A DNA stretch of 64,000 bases, from the NCBI GenBank assembly GCA_963745025.1, contig CAVUWD010000014.1:192001-256000 (forward strand), in the 5' to 3' direction. This document shows, piece after piece, positions 17,001 to 29,414 of the stretch (within the stretch, counting starts at the first letter, position 1; the number at the start of each line of letters is the position of its first letter). Position numbers and translations under genes: made by a program. The DNA comes from an uncultured delta proteobacterium (lineage in GTDB: Bacteria > Desulfobacterota > Binatia > JACPRU01). The notes beneath the pieces are model-generated. The model saw only the letters and a list, made by a program, of their open reading frames with translations. It was not told the origin of the DNA and did not search any database.

Positions 17001-18191
17001 CTACGCGACGACCTTCCGCGCGCGGAGGCCCGCGATCTCCCCCGGCGAATAGCCGCACTCCGCGAGCACCTCGTCGGTGTGCTCGCCGCGCGCCGGCGCG
17101 TGACGGCGGACGGCGGGATCGATCGCGGAGAAGCTGAGCGGCATGCCGATCACCGGGATGTCGCCGAGCTTCGGGTGCTCCATGCGCCGCATTGCCGGCC
17201 GCGATAGCGTCTGCGGCTCGCCGAGCAACCGATCGACCGTGTTGACCGGCGCCGCCGGCACCTCGACCGCGGCGAGCCGCCGGAGAAGATCGGGGCAATC
17301 GAAGCGCGCGATCGCCGCTTCGACGGCGCGATCGACCTCCTGCCGATGCTTCACGCGCTCGAGGTTGGTGGCGAAGCGCGGATCGTCCGCCATCGTCTCG
17401 AGACCGATTGCCCCGGCAAGCCGCCGCCAAAGACGATCGTTCGCGCCGGCGATGAACACCCATTGTCCGTCACGGCAGCGAAAGTTTCGGTACGGCGCGA
17501 GCGACGGATGCGCCGAGCCGAGCGCCCGCGGCACCTCGCCTGCGAGCAGATAGCTTTCCGCTTGATAGTTGAGCAGGCCGAGCGCTGTCTCGAGAAGCGA
17601 GCCGTCGACGCGCTGGCCGACGCCCGTGCGCTCCCGAAGCCGCAGCGCCGAGACGATGCCGAGCGCGCAAAGGATTCCCGTCGTCAGGTCGACGAACGAG
17701 ACGCCACAGCGAACCGGCGCTCCCCCCGGCTCGCCGGTGATCGACATGATGCCGCCGAAGGCCTGCATGACGGCTTCGTAGCCCGCTTCGTTGGCCCGCG
17801 GTCCGCTTCGCCCGAACGCCGAGACCGAGCAGTAGACGAGGCGCGGATTCACCGCCGCGAGCGCTTCGTAGCCGAGGCGGAAGTTCTCCATGGCGCCGGT
17901 GCGGAAGTTCTCGACGAGCACGTCGGCCGCACCGGCGAGCCGCCGGACGATCCCCACCCCTTCTGGCACCTTCAGATCGACCGCGATGCCGCGCTTATTG
18001 CGGTTGTTGACGATGTAGGTCGGCGACTCCCCCTCGCGAAGCGGCGGCCAGGTGCGCGCCTCGTCCCCCGCGACCGGATCCTCGATCTTCACGACGTCCG
18101 CGCCGAGATCACCGAGCAGCGCCGCGCAGAACGGCCCGGCGAGCAGGCGCGTGAGATCGACCACACGGACGCCGTCGAGCGGGAGCATCAC
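17001..18191 (-). CDS. CaiB/BaiF family III CoA-transferase
   Basis: LDGVRVVDLTRLLAGP, NRNKRG, DVLVENFR, GEHTDEVL. Confidence 0.92.
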   Translation of the reverse strand: MMLPLDGVRVVDLTRLLAGPFCAALLGDLGADVVKIEDPVAGDEARTWPPLREGESPTYIVNNRNKRGIAVDLKVPEGVGIVRRLAGAADVLVENFRTGAMENFRLGYEALAAVNPRLVYCSVSAFGRSGPRANEAGYEAVMQAFGGIMSITGEPGGAPVRCGVSFVDLTTGILCALGIVSALRLRERTGVGQRVDGSLLETALGLLNYQAESYLLAGEVPRALGSAHPSLAPYRNFRCRDGQWVFIAGANDRLWRRLAGAIGLETMADDPRFATNLERVKHRQEVDRAVEAAIARFDCPDLLRRLAAVEVPAAPVNTVDRLLGEPQTLSRPAMRRMEHPKLGDIPVIGMPLSFSAIDPAVRRHAPARGEHTDEVLAECGYSPGEIAGLRARKVVA

Positions 18192-18787
18192 GAGAGCGCT
18201 TTCTGCAGCGCCGGCCGCGCTTCCAGGCGCGCTAGATACGCCGTGAGCTTCGGGTAGCGATCGTCGAACGCCTTGAGGCGCCGGGCGATCAGCAGCGTCA
18301 CGCCTATCATGACGTCCGCCGCCGAGAACTGACTGCCGAGCAGGTAGTCCTTGCCCTCGAGGGCGCGCTCGAGGACCGCGAAGCAGGCCGCCACCCGCGC
18401 CCGCGCATCCTCGACCACCGCCGGGATCCGCTCCGCCTCGGGCTTGAAGATCGTGTGGCGGACGATGTCACCGAGCGGCGGCGTCGCCGTCGCTTCCGCG
18501 AAGTGCACCCACTGGAGGAACGCAGCGCGCTCCGGCGTCCCCGGCTTCGGCGCCAGCCGCCCGTTCCCGTAACGCTCGAGCACGTACTCGAGAATCGCTC
18601 CCGACTCGAACATCGTGACCCCGTCGTCCTCGATCGCCGGCAGCTTGCCCCACGGCACGGCCTGCGAGAACGGCAGCTTCGCCGGCGTGAAGGACACGAG
18701 CGAAAGCTCATAGGGTATGCCGAGCTCCTCGAGCAGCCAGTAGATGCGGATCGAGCGCGTCATCGGTGCGTGGTAGAGCTTGATCAT
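18188..18787 (-). CDS. glutathione S-transferase
   Basis: WLLEELGIPYE, GKLPAI, ESGAILEY, FSAADV. Confidence 0.92.
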   Translation of the reverse strand: MIKLYHAPMTRSIRIYWLLEELGIPYELSLVSFTPAKLPFSQAVPWGKLPAIEDDGVTMFESGAILEYVLERYGNGRLAPKPGTPERAAFLQWVHFAEATATPPLGDIVRHTIFKPEAERIPAVVEDARARVAACFAVLERALEGKDYLLGSQFSAADVMIGVTLLIARRLKAFDDRYPKLTAYLARLEARPALQKALS

Positions 18788-18914
18788 CTGATCCTCCGGC
18801 GGTTTGACGGACTTGCGAAGCGCGAGGACGCTAGCACGGGCGTCGAGCGAGTGCGACGCAGGCGTCTCAGCTGTAGCCCCTCACGGCCCGCGGCAAACCC
18901 GACTGCGGTGTTCC

Positions 18915-19793
18915 TCACACCGTTATCGTCCCCTCCACAACCGTCACCGCGTGCCCTCCGATCTCCGAACGCCCGTTTGCGTCGAGCACCCGCACGTGGA
19001 CTCGGCCGTCGCGCCCCATCTCGGTCGCCTGCGTGGCGACGTATTCGCGGCCCGTTCGCTCGAGCAGGCCGTGGCGCGCGAGGTAGGCCGGTAGCGCGGC
19101 GTTGGCGCTCCCTGTAACCGGATCCTCCGGAACCCCGAACGCAGGCGCGAAGCAACGGATGTGTACGGCGAACTCACCGTGATCGACGAGAGCGAAGGCG
19201 GCGACGCCGCTGATCGACAGCTCCCGGCTGAGCTTCGTCACCGCCGACATGTCCGGACGCAGAGCCGTCACCTCGCTCGCGTCTTCGAAGCGCACGAACA
19301 GCCAGACCGGCCCGTTGCGGAACGCCGTGGGCGCCGGAGATGCGGCGATCTGACGTCCGAGCACTGCCGACAGCCCTTGTGTCAGCCCGGCGAACTCCCC
19401 TTCGAACCTCGCCTCCGGCGCCTCGACATGGATCCGCCGCTGCGACCCCTCTCCTTCGACCCGCAGTGGCAGGTTCCCGGCCCCGCACTCCTGCACGAGC
19501 CGTCCGTCTTGCGCCGCCACGATCCCCGCCTCCAGGACGGCGTGGCATGACCCGATCGTCGGGTGCCCGGCGAAGGGCAGCTCGTGCCCCGGCGTAAAGA
19601 TGCGCAGCCGGTAGGCGGGCTGCGCTACGGTCGGCGTTAGCACAAACGTTGTCTCCGAGAGGTTCGTCCATTGCGCGATCCGCTGCATCTCCTCCGGCGC
19701 GAGTCCGTCCGCTCCCAGCACTACGGCTACCGGGTTGCCGAAGAGCGGCCGCGAGGTGAAGGCATCTACTTGCTTGAAGTAGTAGGTCGACAC
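18915..19793 (-). CDS. PhzF-family epimerase/isomerase
   Basis: QVDAF..GNP, NLSETTF, ELPFAGHPT, EDPVTGSA. Confidence 0.9.
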   Translation of the reverse strand: MSTYYFKQVDAFTSRPLFGNPVAVVLGADGLAPEEMQRIAQWTNLSETTFVLTPTVAQPAYRLRIFTPGHELPFAGHPTIGSCHAVLEAGIVAAQDGRLVQECGAGNLPLRVEGEGSQRRIHVEAPEARFEGEFAGLTQGLSAVLGRQIAASPAPTAFRNGPVWLFVRFEDASEVTALRPDMSAVTKLSRELSISGVAAFALVDHGEFAVHIRCFAPAFGVPEDPVTGSANAALPAYLARHGLLERTGREYVATQATEMGRDGRVHVRVLDANGRSEIGGHAVTVVEGTITV

Positions 19794-19861
19794 CAGAAAC
19801 CCCAGGCCGGCGGCCTCACCGCCCCCCATGAGCTTGCCCTTCTTTCCCGCCTGAACGCACC

Positions 19862-19948
19862 AAGGGGCGTGACGTCGAAGCGGCACGCCCCTTACCCAAC
19901 CCCGCTGCACGAATCGTGACGAGCGGAAACCGCTCGGCGCGATTCGTG
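19862..19948. repeat. REP-like double hairpin downstream of ctaC
   Basis: aaggggcgtg...cacgcccctt and cacgaatcgtgacgagcgg-aaa-ccgctcggcgcgattcgtg. Confidence 0.5.
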
Positions 19949-19962
19949 CCAAGGCGCTCGGC

Positions 19963-20775
19963 TCAGCCCCAGAAGCCTCCGCCCCCTTCCCCACCCTTCG
20001 CCTTCTTCACCTCCGCATCCATCCAGGCCTGGTACTGCTCCGGCGTGTCGATCGTCACGTAGCCGACCATGCGATAGTGGCCGAGCCCGCAGAGCTGCGC
20101 GCAATTGATCTGGTAGCTCCATTTCTCGTCGCTCTTTTGCTTCTTCATGTCGTCGCTCGTCACCGTCGGCACGAACCACACCGGCGTCGACATACCCGGA
20201 ATCGCATCCTGCTTCACCCGCATCTCCTGGATGGCGAAGCTGTGGATGACGTCGAGGCTCGAGATTTGGATGATCGCCGGCTTGCCGACCGGCAGATGGA
20301 GCTGGTTCACGGTCGTGACGTCGTCGGCAGCCGCCGGATCACCGCGATCGAGGCCGAGCGGATTCGATTGCGGATCGACGAGCTTGGGATCGGTCCTGCC
20401 GAACTTCCCGTCAGGCCCGGGATAGTGGATGTTCCAGGCAAACTGCTGTGCGACGGCCCGCACCACCGTCGCCTCGCCCTCTGGCGGGAATTGATTCACG
20501 CGCTCGGCCCAAAGCGGAATCGAGAATCCGAGGAGCAACACCGCCTCGGCGACGATCACGCCGATTTCGACGTAGGTCGAGGCGTGGTTCTGCACGCCTT
20601 CGGGATTCGCCTTGGGATTCTTCGAGGCACGAAAGCGCAGCAGGGCGAACACGAAATAGATGCTCCAGCCGACGAACAGAACGAGCATCAGCAGGTGCAC
20701 CCAGAGCGTCATGCGGTCGAGCGCGCCGCCATGCGCCGAAGCCAGCGCCGGAAGGTAGAGAATTCGCTGAACCAC
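19963..20775 (-). CDS. ctaC: cytochrome c oxidase subunit II (CuA; no heme c domain)
   Basis: QQFAWNIHYPG, DVIHSF, CAQLCGLGHYRM. Confidence 0.93.
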   Translation of the reverse strand: MVQRILYLPALASAHGGALDRMTLWVHLLMLVLFVGWSIYFVFALLRFRASKNPKANPEGVQNHASTYVEIGVIVAEAVLLLGFSIPLWAERVNQFPPEGEATVVRAVAQQFAWNIHYPGPDGKFGRTDPKLVDPQSNPLGLDRGDPAAADDVTTVNQLHLPVGKPAIIQISSLDVIHSFAIQEMRVKQDAIPGMSTPVWFVPTVTSDDMKKQKSDEKWSYQINCAQLCGLGHYRMVGYVTIDTPEQYQAWMDAEVKKAKGGEGGGGFWG

Positions 20776-20776
20776 T

Positions 20777-21058
20777 CTAGACCCCCTTCTTCACCAAGCG
20801 GAGAGCCGGCCGCGGCATCGGATCGCGGAATTCGCGCGCCCGCCGCCGCAGGTAGACCAGGAAGAACAACCCGAAGCCGACCTCCACCAAGACGATCACG
20901 GCGAGCAGGAACCACACCCCCATCTCCGCGCTCTTGGTGAGAGGCGAGTTCGGGTCGCCGAAGCAGATCGGGCACGCGGTCGCAGAGCCGCGCGAAGCGA
21001 GCAAGGCGGCGAGCGCCACCCCGAGAAGCGCCGGGAGCGTCGGTCGAGGCGGCCTCAT
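20777..21058 (-). CDS. small CPxC membrane protein of the cox operon
   Basis: signal-like N-terminus, ACPICFGDP, one TM. Confidence 0.65.
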   Translation of the reverse strand: MRPPRPTLPALLGVALAALLASRGSATACPICFGDPNSPLTKSAEMGVWFLLAVIVLVEVGFGLFFLVYLRRRAREFRDPMPRPALRLVKKGV

Positions 21059-21259
21059 GGCCGGATCCCCTTCATCTTCTTCAGGAACCAGTTGCCGTAT
21101 GCCGAGAGCCCGACGGCGATCACGAACGAGCCGATACCCGCCGCGAGGTAGCGCTCCGCCACCGACGTCGCGAAACCTCCATACGCACCACGCCCCGAAC
21201 CCGATGCACGTGGCGATCGCCATCGAGATGAACAGAAGATGAATGTTCTTGAGCCCCAT
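21055..21259 (-). CDS. small 2-TM protein (one frameshift)
   Basis: MGLKNIHLLFI..GAW in one frame, then YLAAGIGSFV..YGNWFLKKMK in another. Confidence 0.55.
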
Positions 21260-21274
21260 CGAGCCGCCACAGGA

Positions 21275-21592
21275 TCAGACATGAACGTGGTCGAGGGTCG
21301 TGAGAATCGGCAGAAACATCAGCACGAGGAAGAACGCCACCGTGAACGCCAGGATGAGGAAGATCACGTGCCGCTCGGAGATCAGGTGCATGAAGAAGAG
21401 CGCCACCAAGCTCGCTTTGAAGATCGCGATGGCGAGCGCCACCAGCACCGCGTTGTGCACCTCGAGATGCAGGTACGAGACCCCCACCGTGATCGCGGTC
21501 AAGGCGATCAGCGCCACGAACACGACCATGTAGCCGCGGACTTGCCTGTCGATCTCAGCGGGGTGGCTGACTGTGTGATTTTGCATGTCCAC
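21275..21592 (-). CDS. ctaF: cytochrome c oxidase subunit IV
   Basis: Y..VF.AL..LT, IAIFKASLVALFFMHL. Confidence 0.88.
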   Translation of the reverse strand: MDMQNHTVSHPAEIDRQVRGYMVVFVALIALTAITVGVSYLHLEVHNAVLVALAIAIFKASLVALFFMHLISERHVIFLILAFTVAFFLVLMFLPILTTLDHVHV

Positions 21593-21601
21593 CTCGGCGG
21601 C

Positions 21602-22202
21602 TCAAAGTAGGTACAGCACCGGGAACAGGAAGATCCAGACGATGTCGACGAAGTGCCAGAAGAGGCCTGCGTTCTCGACGCGATTGATGAGCAGCTGCCG
21701 CTCTCCGGCGTCCCAGTAGCTGCGGCCGGCGAGCCAGAAGAAGCCGTTCACCGCCATGCCGCAGATCACGTGCAGCGCGTGCAGGCCCGTCATCGTGAAG
21801 TAGACGGCGAGGTACGTGCTCGTCCACGGGAACATCTCTTCGTGGAAGTGGCTCGTGTATTCGACGTACTTGATGCAGAGAAAAACGAAGCCGAGCCCGA
21901 CCGTGGCGCCGGCGAACATTTGAAACTTCTTGAGGTCGCTTCGCTCGAGCGAGGCCCACGCCATGACCATCGTCACGCTCGAGGTGATCAGCACGACCGG
22001 TGTTCAGCGTACCGAGCGGAACGTTCTGCGCCTCCCAGCCGCGCGGCCACGTCACGGCGCCGAGCCGCATCACGATGTAGGTTGCGAAGAACGCGCCGAA
22101 CAGCATGATCTCCGAGGCGAGGAAGAGCCAGATGCCGATCTTGCCGTTGGTGAGACCGGTGTCCTCCCGGGGCTCGGTGATGTACGGAATCAATCCTTCC
22201 AT
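21602..22202 (-). CDS. ctaE: cytochrome c oxidase subunit III (frameshift near 22000)
   Basis: [45 protein letters not shown]. Confidence 0.88.
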
Positions 22203-22205
22203 CGG

Positions 22206-23972
22206 TCACGCCTCCTGGGTCTGCGGAGCGAAGTCCTCGGCGTAGCCCGCGGGGCTGTAGTCGTACGGGCCGCGATAGACGACCGGCGGATGATCGAAAT
22301 TGCCGTGCGGTGGCGGTGACGGAGCCTGCCACTCGATCGTCGTTGCGTGCCAGGGATTGCGATCGACGGCCTCTCCGCTCCGTAAGCTCCAGAAGAAGTT
22401 GATGATGAACGGGATCTGCGCGAGGGCAAGGAACCACGCCGACCACGAGCTCAGCGTGTTCAGGCCAAGCACGTGCTGCGCGTAGGCGTATGACGCGCCG
22501 CCGTCGTAGAGCCGGCGCGAGACGCCGGCGAGCCCGAGCCAGAACATCGGCATGAAGACCCCGTTCATGAAGATGAACGACATCCAGAAGTGAACCTTGC
22601 CGAGCGTCTCGTTCATCCTCCGGCCGGTCGCCTTCGGGTACCAGTAGTAGATGCCCGGCGAAGAGCGCGAAGATCGTTCCCGGCGCCACCACGTAGTGGA
22701 AGTGGCCGATCACGTAGTAGGTGTCGTGCAGGTGGATGTCCGCCGAGGCGAGGCCGAGCGGCAGTCCGGTCAAGCCCCCGATGCCGAACATCGGCAGGAA
22801 CGCGAGCGCGAACAGCATCGGCGTGTTGAAGCGAATCGAGCCGCCCCAGAGCGAGAGGAGGAGCGCCGAGCAGGATCACCACCGACGGGATCGAGATGAT
22901 CATCGTCGTCGTCTGGAAGAACGTCGCCATCGCGTGCCCATGCCGGTGATGAACATGTGGTGCGCCCAGACGATGAACGACATGAAGCCGAGGAAGAGCA
23001 GCGAGTAGACCATCGGCGCGTAGCCCCAGAGCGGCTTGCGGGTGTTGTTGGCGATCACCTCGGCGACGATGCCCATCGCCGGCAGGATCAGCACGTAGAC
23101 CTCGGGGTGGGCGAGGAACCAGAAGAGGTGCTGCCAGAGGAGCGGGTTGCCGCCGCCGGCGACCGGCAGCGCCTGGCCGCTCACCACGAGGCCCGTCGGC
23201 AGGAAGAAGCTCGTTCCGGCGACCCGGTCCATGAGCTGCAGGACCGCCGCGGCCTCGAGCGGCGGGAAGGCGAGCAGCAGCAGGAACGAGGTCACGAACT
23301 GCGCCCAGACGAAGAACGGGAAGCGCCAGAAGGTCATGCCCTGGCGCGCGAGCTGGATCGTCGTGACGATGAAGTTGATCGAGCCGAGCAGCGACGAGGT
23401 GATGAGGAAGCACCATGCCGATGAGCCACCGGTCTGGCCCGGGATCGATGTCGGCGAGCGGCGCGTAGGACGTCCAGCCGGACTGCGCCGCGCCGCCCGG
23501 GAGGAAGAAGCTCGCCAGCATCACGAAGCCGCCGACGCACGAAGAACTAGTAGCTCGCCATGTTGATGCGCGGGAACGCCATGTCGGGGGCGCCGATCTG
23601 CAGCGGCAGCACGAAGTTGCCGAAGCCGCCGACGCCGAGCGGCACGACGCCGAGGAAGACCATGATCGTGCCGTGCATCGCGCCGAGCTGGTTGTAGAAC
23701 TCGGGCAGCATCACGCCGCCCGGCATCCGCGCCTCGCCGAGGAGCGCGCCGAGGAGCGGCAGCGGCGGCCCGGGTAGGCGAGCTGCCAGCGCATCAGCAT
23801 CATCAGGCAGAAGCCGAAGAACAGGAACAGCAGCCCGGTCACCGCGTACTGGATGCCGATCGTCTTGTGGTCGGTCGAGAAGACGTACTTGCGCCAGAAC
23901 CCGGGCTCCTCGTGACGTGCTCGTGGGCCGCGGCGCGCGTGCGCGTGCGGCTGTCTCGCCATGCGCTTCCAT
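22206..23972 (-). CDS. ctaD: cytochrome c oxidase subunit I, A1 type (at least 6 frameshifts)
   Basis: [52 protein letters not shown] recovered across frames. Confidence 0.9.
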
Positions 23973-24031
23973 GGTTACTCCAGTCGCTCGTCTCCCGATG
24001 CACCGCGGCGGATCGCGGCCGCGGTGCGTCG

Positions 24032-24774
24032 CTACTTGGCGGCCGGGGCGCGAGAACTTGAAGTCGACGGTCTTCGTGTCGCGTCGCGCCGACCGTCACC
24101 TTCGCGGTCTTCGTGCCGAGCTTCTCGTGCCAGGCCTCGATCTCGTACGTGCCCGCGGGCAGGTTCGCGATCGTGAACTTGCCGTCGTCCTTCGTCACCG
24201 CGAAGAACGGGTGTCGAAGACGCCGACGGTAGGCGGTCATCCAGGGGTGCACGTCGCACTTGACCACGAACATCGCCCTCCTCCTTGCCGAAGGTGCTCG
24301 CGCCTCCTTGCGGGTCGGCGGCATCGCCATGTTGAACTGGCGGTTCACCTTCGGCAGCGCGTGCACGTTGTGGAGGATGCCGTCGCAGTTCAGCACCTTG
24401 ACGGCTGGCCGACCATGATGCCCATCACGTGCGGCACGTACTGGCAGCCCTTCTGGTCCATCACCACGGGCTCCTTCGGCGCCGGATAGGTCTTGCCGGC
24501 CGGCAGGCCGCTCATCACGCGCACCATGATGTTGGCCATCGTGTTGCCGCCGGGCCGAGCACGAGCATCTCGTTCGGCGACCGGTCGTGTGCTTCTTCGC
24601 GCAGATCGGCTCGGCGTCCATGGCGAGCGGCTTCAGGTTCGGGACCTTGCCGTCGTAGGTGACGGTGCCGGTGACCGTCCCGGCGAAGGCGGCCACGACG
24701 AGAGCAGCAACGACGAGCCGGCTCCCGACGGCCAGCAGACTGCTCTCGAACACGCTCGGTACAGACCGGAACAT
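24032..24774 (-). CDS. exported cupredoxin-like/carboxypeptidase-regulatory-like protein (frameshifted)
   Basis: signal peptide; [39 protein letters not shown]. Confidence 0.75.
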
Positions 24775-24795
24775 TGTCTCCCCTCCCGATCGTTC

Positions 24796-26024
24796 TCACA
24801 CGTTTTCGAACGCCAGCGACTCGGCCAGCCGCGGGTCGCCCACCGGCACCAGCGGCGCGCCGACTCGACACCCACCCGAAGGCGGCGAGAAAGAACCCGC
24901 CGACCGCGAGGACGGGTCGGCGTCCAGCGGCCCCGGACCGCGCTCCGCGCCGTGGATGCGACGGGCATCACGACACCAGTAGACGTCCACGAGGTGCATC
25001 AGCGAGCAGCCAGAGCGCCGCCGCCACGAGCAGTCGGCGCGGTGCGCTTGATGCGCCGCGGCAGCAGGAAGAAGAACGGCATCACGAAGTGCCCGACCGC
25101 GAGCAGCGTCGCCGATCGCCGGCCACGAGCCCTCGGACCGACGTCATGATACCAGATCGTCTCCTCGGGGATGTTGCCGTACCAGATCAGGAAGTACTGC
25201 GAGAAGGCGATGTAGGCCCAGAAGACCGTGAAGGCGAAGAGCAGCTTGCCGAGGTCGTGCAGGTGCTCGACGGTGACCACGCCGCGGAGCAGGCCCGCGC
25301 GATGGACGAACGGCGAGCGAGCGACCAGGAACGCGAAGGCCGCGAGCAGCGAGCCGGAGAAGGAGTAGACGCCGAAGATCGTCGAGTACCATCCGGGCTC
25401 GAGCGACATCAGCCAGTCGAACGCGGCGAACGTGTGCGTGAGGCCGAACGGGATGAGCAGCGGCGCCGCCACCGCGCCGAGGCGCGCGGCGATGCGCTCC
25501 GTCACCGGTCTCGTCCTGCTGCCGCGACAGGCGCGGGAACCAGAGCGCGAGCGCCGACCACGACGGCGAAGTAGAAGATCGCGCGCAGGAGGAAGAACGC
25601 CTCGTTCAGGTACGGCCGCTTCCTCTGCAGAACGGGGTTCTTGGCGACCTCGGCGGCATCGGTCCAGGGGTAGAGCTCGTGCCGGCCGAGCCAGATCGGC
25701 ACGAAGAGGAGCGCGAAGACGGGCAGCGTCGCCATCGACGTTCTCGGCCACGCGGCGCACCACGACGCCCCAGGCCGCCCTGCGTCGCGGTGTGGATCAG
25801 CACGAAGTAGAGGCAGCCGAGGGCGATGGTCAGGAAGTAGACGAAGGCGACGAGCCAGGCGAAGTACGCGGCGCCGTGGCCCGACGAGAGCGCGAGCGAG
25901 CGCGACGAGGCCGACCGCGCCGAGCGACGGCCAGCCGAGCCGAGGAACGGCAGGCGCGTCCGACGGGTGCCCGGCCGGGAGGCGGGCGGCGCCGGCGTCG
26001 ACGGCACGCGAGCTCGTCGCTCAC
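24796..26024 (-). CDS. actF: alternative complex III subunit F (frameshifted)
   Basis: LYPW, KRPYLN, DWLMSLEPGWYSTIFG, HLHDLGK, WAYIAFSQYFLIWYGNIPEE, VPVGDPRL. Confidence 0.87.
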
Positions 26025-26039
26025 CGCTTCGTGCGCTCC

Positions 26040-26607
26040 TCACGCGGCCAGCCACTCGATCCCGGCCGCGCCCGGCGTCGCGCAGCGAGCTCGCTCGGTC
26101 TCGTCGGGTCGAACTTCGGGTCCCCGGCCTCGATCGAGATGAAGAAGCGGTCGTCGGTGACGCGCTCGAACGCGGGCGAGCCGAAGAGCGGGTGGTAGTG
26201 CCGCGGCAGCTCGGTTGAGGGCGAGCATGCCGAGCGACCGCGCCGAGAGCGCCGCCGAGCAGCACGCCGAGCTCGAACGTGACCGGCACGTACGCCTGCC
26301 AGGCGAAGAGCGGCTTGCCGCTGATCACGAGCGGGTACGCGATGCGCGTTCACCCAGATCTGCAGCGCGAAGCCGCCGACGCGCGCCGCAGAGTCCGAAG
26401 ACGAGCACGATCCACGGCAGCCGCGAGCGGCCGAGGCCCATCGCGCGGTCGAGGCCGTGGACCGGGAACGGCGTGTGCGCGTCCCAGCGCGTGTAGCCGG
26501 CGTCGCGCACCTGCTCGCAGGCCGCGGTAGAGCGCCTTCGGCGAGCTCGAACTCGGCGAGCAGCCCGAACGTCTCTGCCCGCGGGAGCGCCGGAACGACC
26601 AGCGGCA

Positions 26608-26608
<1 letters not shown>
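26040..26608 (-). CDS. actD: alternative complex III subunit D, DUF3341 (frameshifted)
   Basis: GLLAEF, DAHTPFPVHGLD, SGKP, PVTFELGVL, DRFFISIE. Confidence 0.87.
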
Positions 26609-28064
<1,456 letters not shown>

Positions 28065-28129
28065 CGACCTAGGGGCCCAGCCTCCTCACGCCCATCGACC
28101 GCCCTTTTCGAAGGATTGGTCGGCGGTTA

Positions 28130-28156
28130 ACTATAAATCCCTCCTCGCGGGGTCAA
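28130..28156 (-). promoter_or_regulatory. candidate sigma70 promoter for actC
   Basis: TTGACC-15 nt-TATAGT on the - strand (spacer short). Confidence 0.35.
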
Positions 28157-28218
28157 GGCATTTCTCAACGTTTCCGTGATGCCTCAGTCTTCGCCTCCGG
28201 CGCTCGAGATCCGGAAGC

Positions 28219-28383
28219 GCTGGATTTTCCGGTCGGCCCGGATTCGGGTCGACCGGAAAATCCAGCCACCGCGCGCAAGCGCGGAAGACGATAGACCAGT
28301 GTCGAGGGTTATTGTCTTCCGCGCTCCGCGCGGTTGCGGTCGATTGTGATCGACCCGAGTACGGGCCGACCACAACCGACCGC
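28219..28383. repeat. three-hairpin structured repeat, copy 2
   Basis: stems 28219-28235/28250-28266, 28269-28333 and 28336-28383; compensatory changes relative to copy 1. Confidence 0.88.
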
Positions 28384-28537
28384 GTCCGTCTCCTCGAGCG
28401 TCGTGCGAAAACTGATCGGGTGCGGGTCTCAACGTCCCCTTCCTCCGCGGCTTCGATCGTCAAGATGACCCACCACCCTGGAGGTGGCCTCCCCGCCCTC
28501 CTAGTCTCTTGGACGCCACTCTGATAGCTACGGTCTC

Positions 28538-29413
28538 GTGTTTACTGGCTCGCTCGTTCCCATCATCACACCGTTCAAGCAGGGTAAGGTCGACCGCGAT
28601 GGTCTCGAGCGCGTGATCGAGCACGTGCTCGCCGGCGGCTCGGACGGGCTCATCCCCTGCGGCACGACCGGCGAATCGGCAACGCTCAGTCACGAGGAGC
28701 ACGAGGAGGTCATCCGCTGGACGATCGAGATCGCCCGCAAGCGGGTGCCGGTGATCGCCGGCACCGGGTCGAACTCGACGGCCGAAGCGATCCGCCTGAC
28801 CCAGAGCGCCGAGAAGGCAGGCGCCGAGGGCGCGCTGCTGATCTCGCCCTACTACAACAAGCCGACCCAGGAAGGGATCTTCCAGCACTACAAGGCGGTC
28901 GCCGAAGCTACGCGCTTACCGATTCTCGTCTACAACATTCCGGGGCGGACCGGGTCGAAGATCGAGCCGGCGACGCTCGCGCGCATGGCCAAGGTGCCGC
29001 GCATCGTCGGCGTGAAGGAGGCGACCGGGGCGATCGAGACGACGATCGAGATCATCGCCGCCGCGGGCAGCGAATTCGGAGTTTACAGCGGAGAAGACAC
29101 GCTCAACTTCCCGATTCTCGCCGCGGGCGGCAAGGGATTGATCTCGGCGGTGGCCAACGTCGCGCCAAAAGCGCTCGCCGACATGGCACATGCCGCGGCC
29201 GCGGGCCGGTGGGAGGATGCCCGGCGCATCCACTTCGAGCTGCTCGCGCTCGTCAAGGTCTTGTTCGTCGAGACCAACCCGATCCCGGTGAAGACCGCGT
29301 GCGCGCTGCTCGGGCTGTGTAGCGCCGAGATGCGCTTGCCACTCACGCCGATGTCCGAGGGAAACCTCGCCAAGCTGAAGCAGGTTCTCGCCGACTACAA
29401 GCTCGTGCGCTGA
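28538..29413 (+). CDS. dapA: 4-hydroxy-tetrahydrodipicolinate synthase
   Basis: GTTGES, PYYNKPTQEG, YNIPGRT, GVKEA, ETNPIPVK. Confidence 0.96.
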   Translation: MFTGSLVPIITPFKQGKVDRDGLERVIEHVLAGGSDGLIPCGTTGESATLSHEEHEEVIRWTIEIARKRVPVIAGTGSNSTAEAIRLTQSAEKAGAEGALLISPYYNKPTQEGIFQHYKAVAEATRLPILVYNIPGRTGSKIEPATLARMAKVPRIVGVKEATGAIETTIEIIAAAGSEFGVYSGEDTLNFPILAAGGKGLISAVANVAPKALADMAHAAAAGRWEDARRIHFELLALVKVLFVETNPIPVKTACALLGLCSAEMRLPLTPMSEGNLAKLKQVLADYKLVR

Positions 29414-29414
29414 G

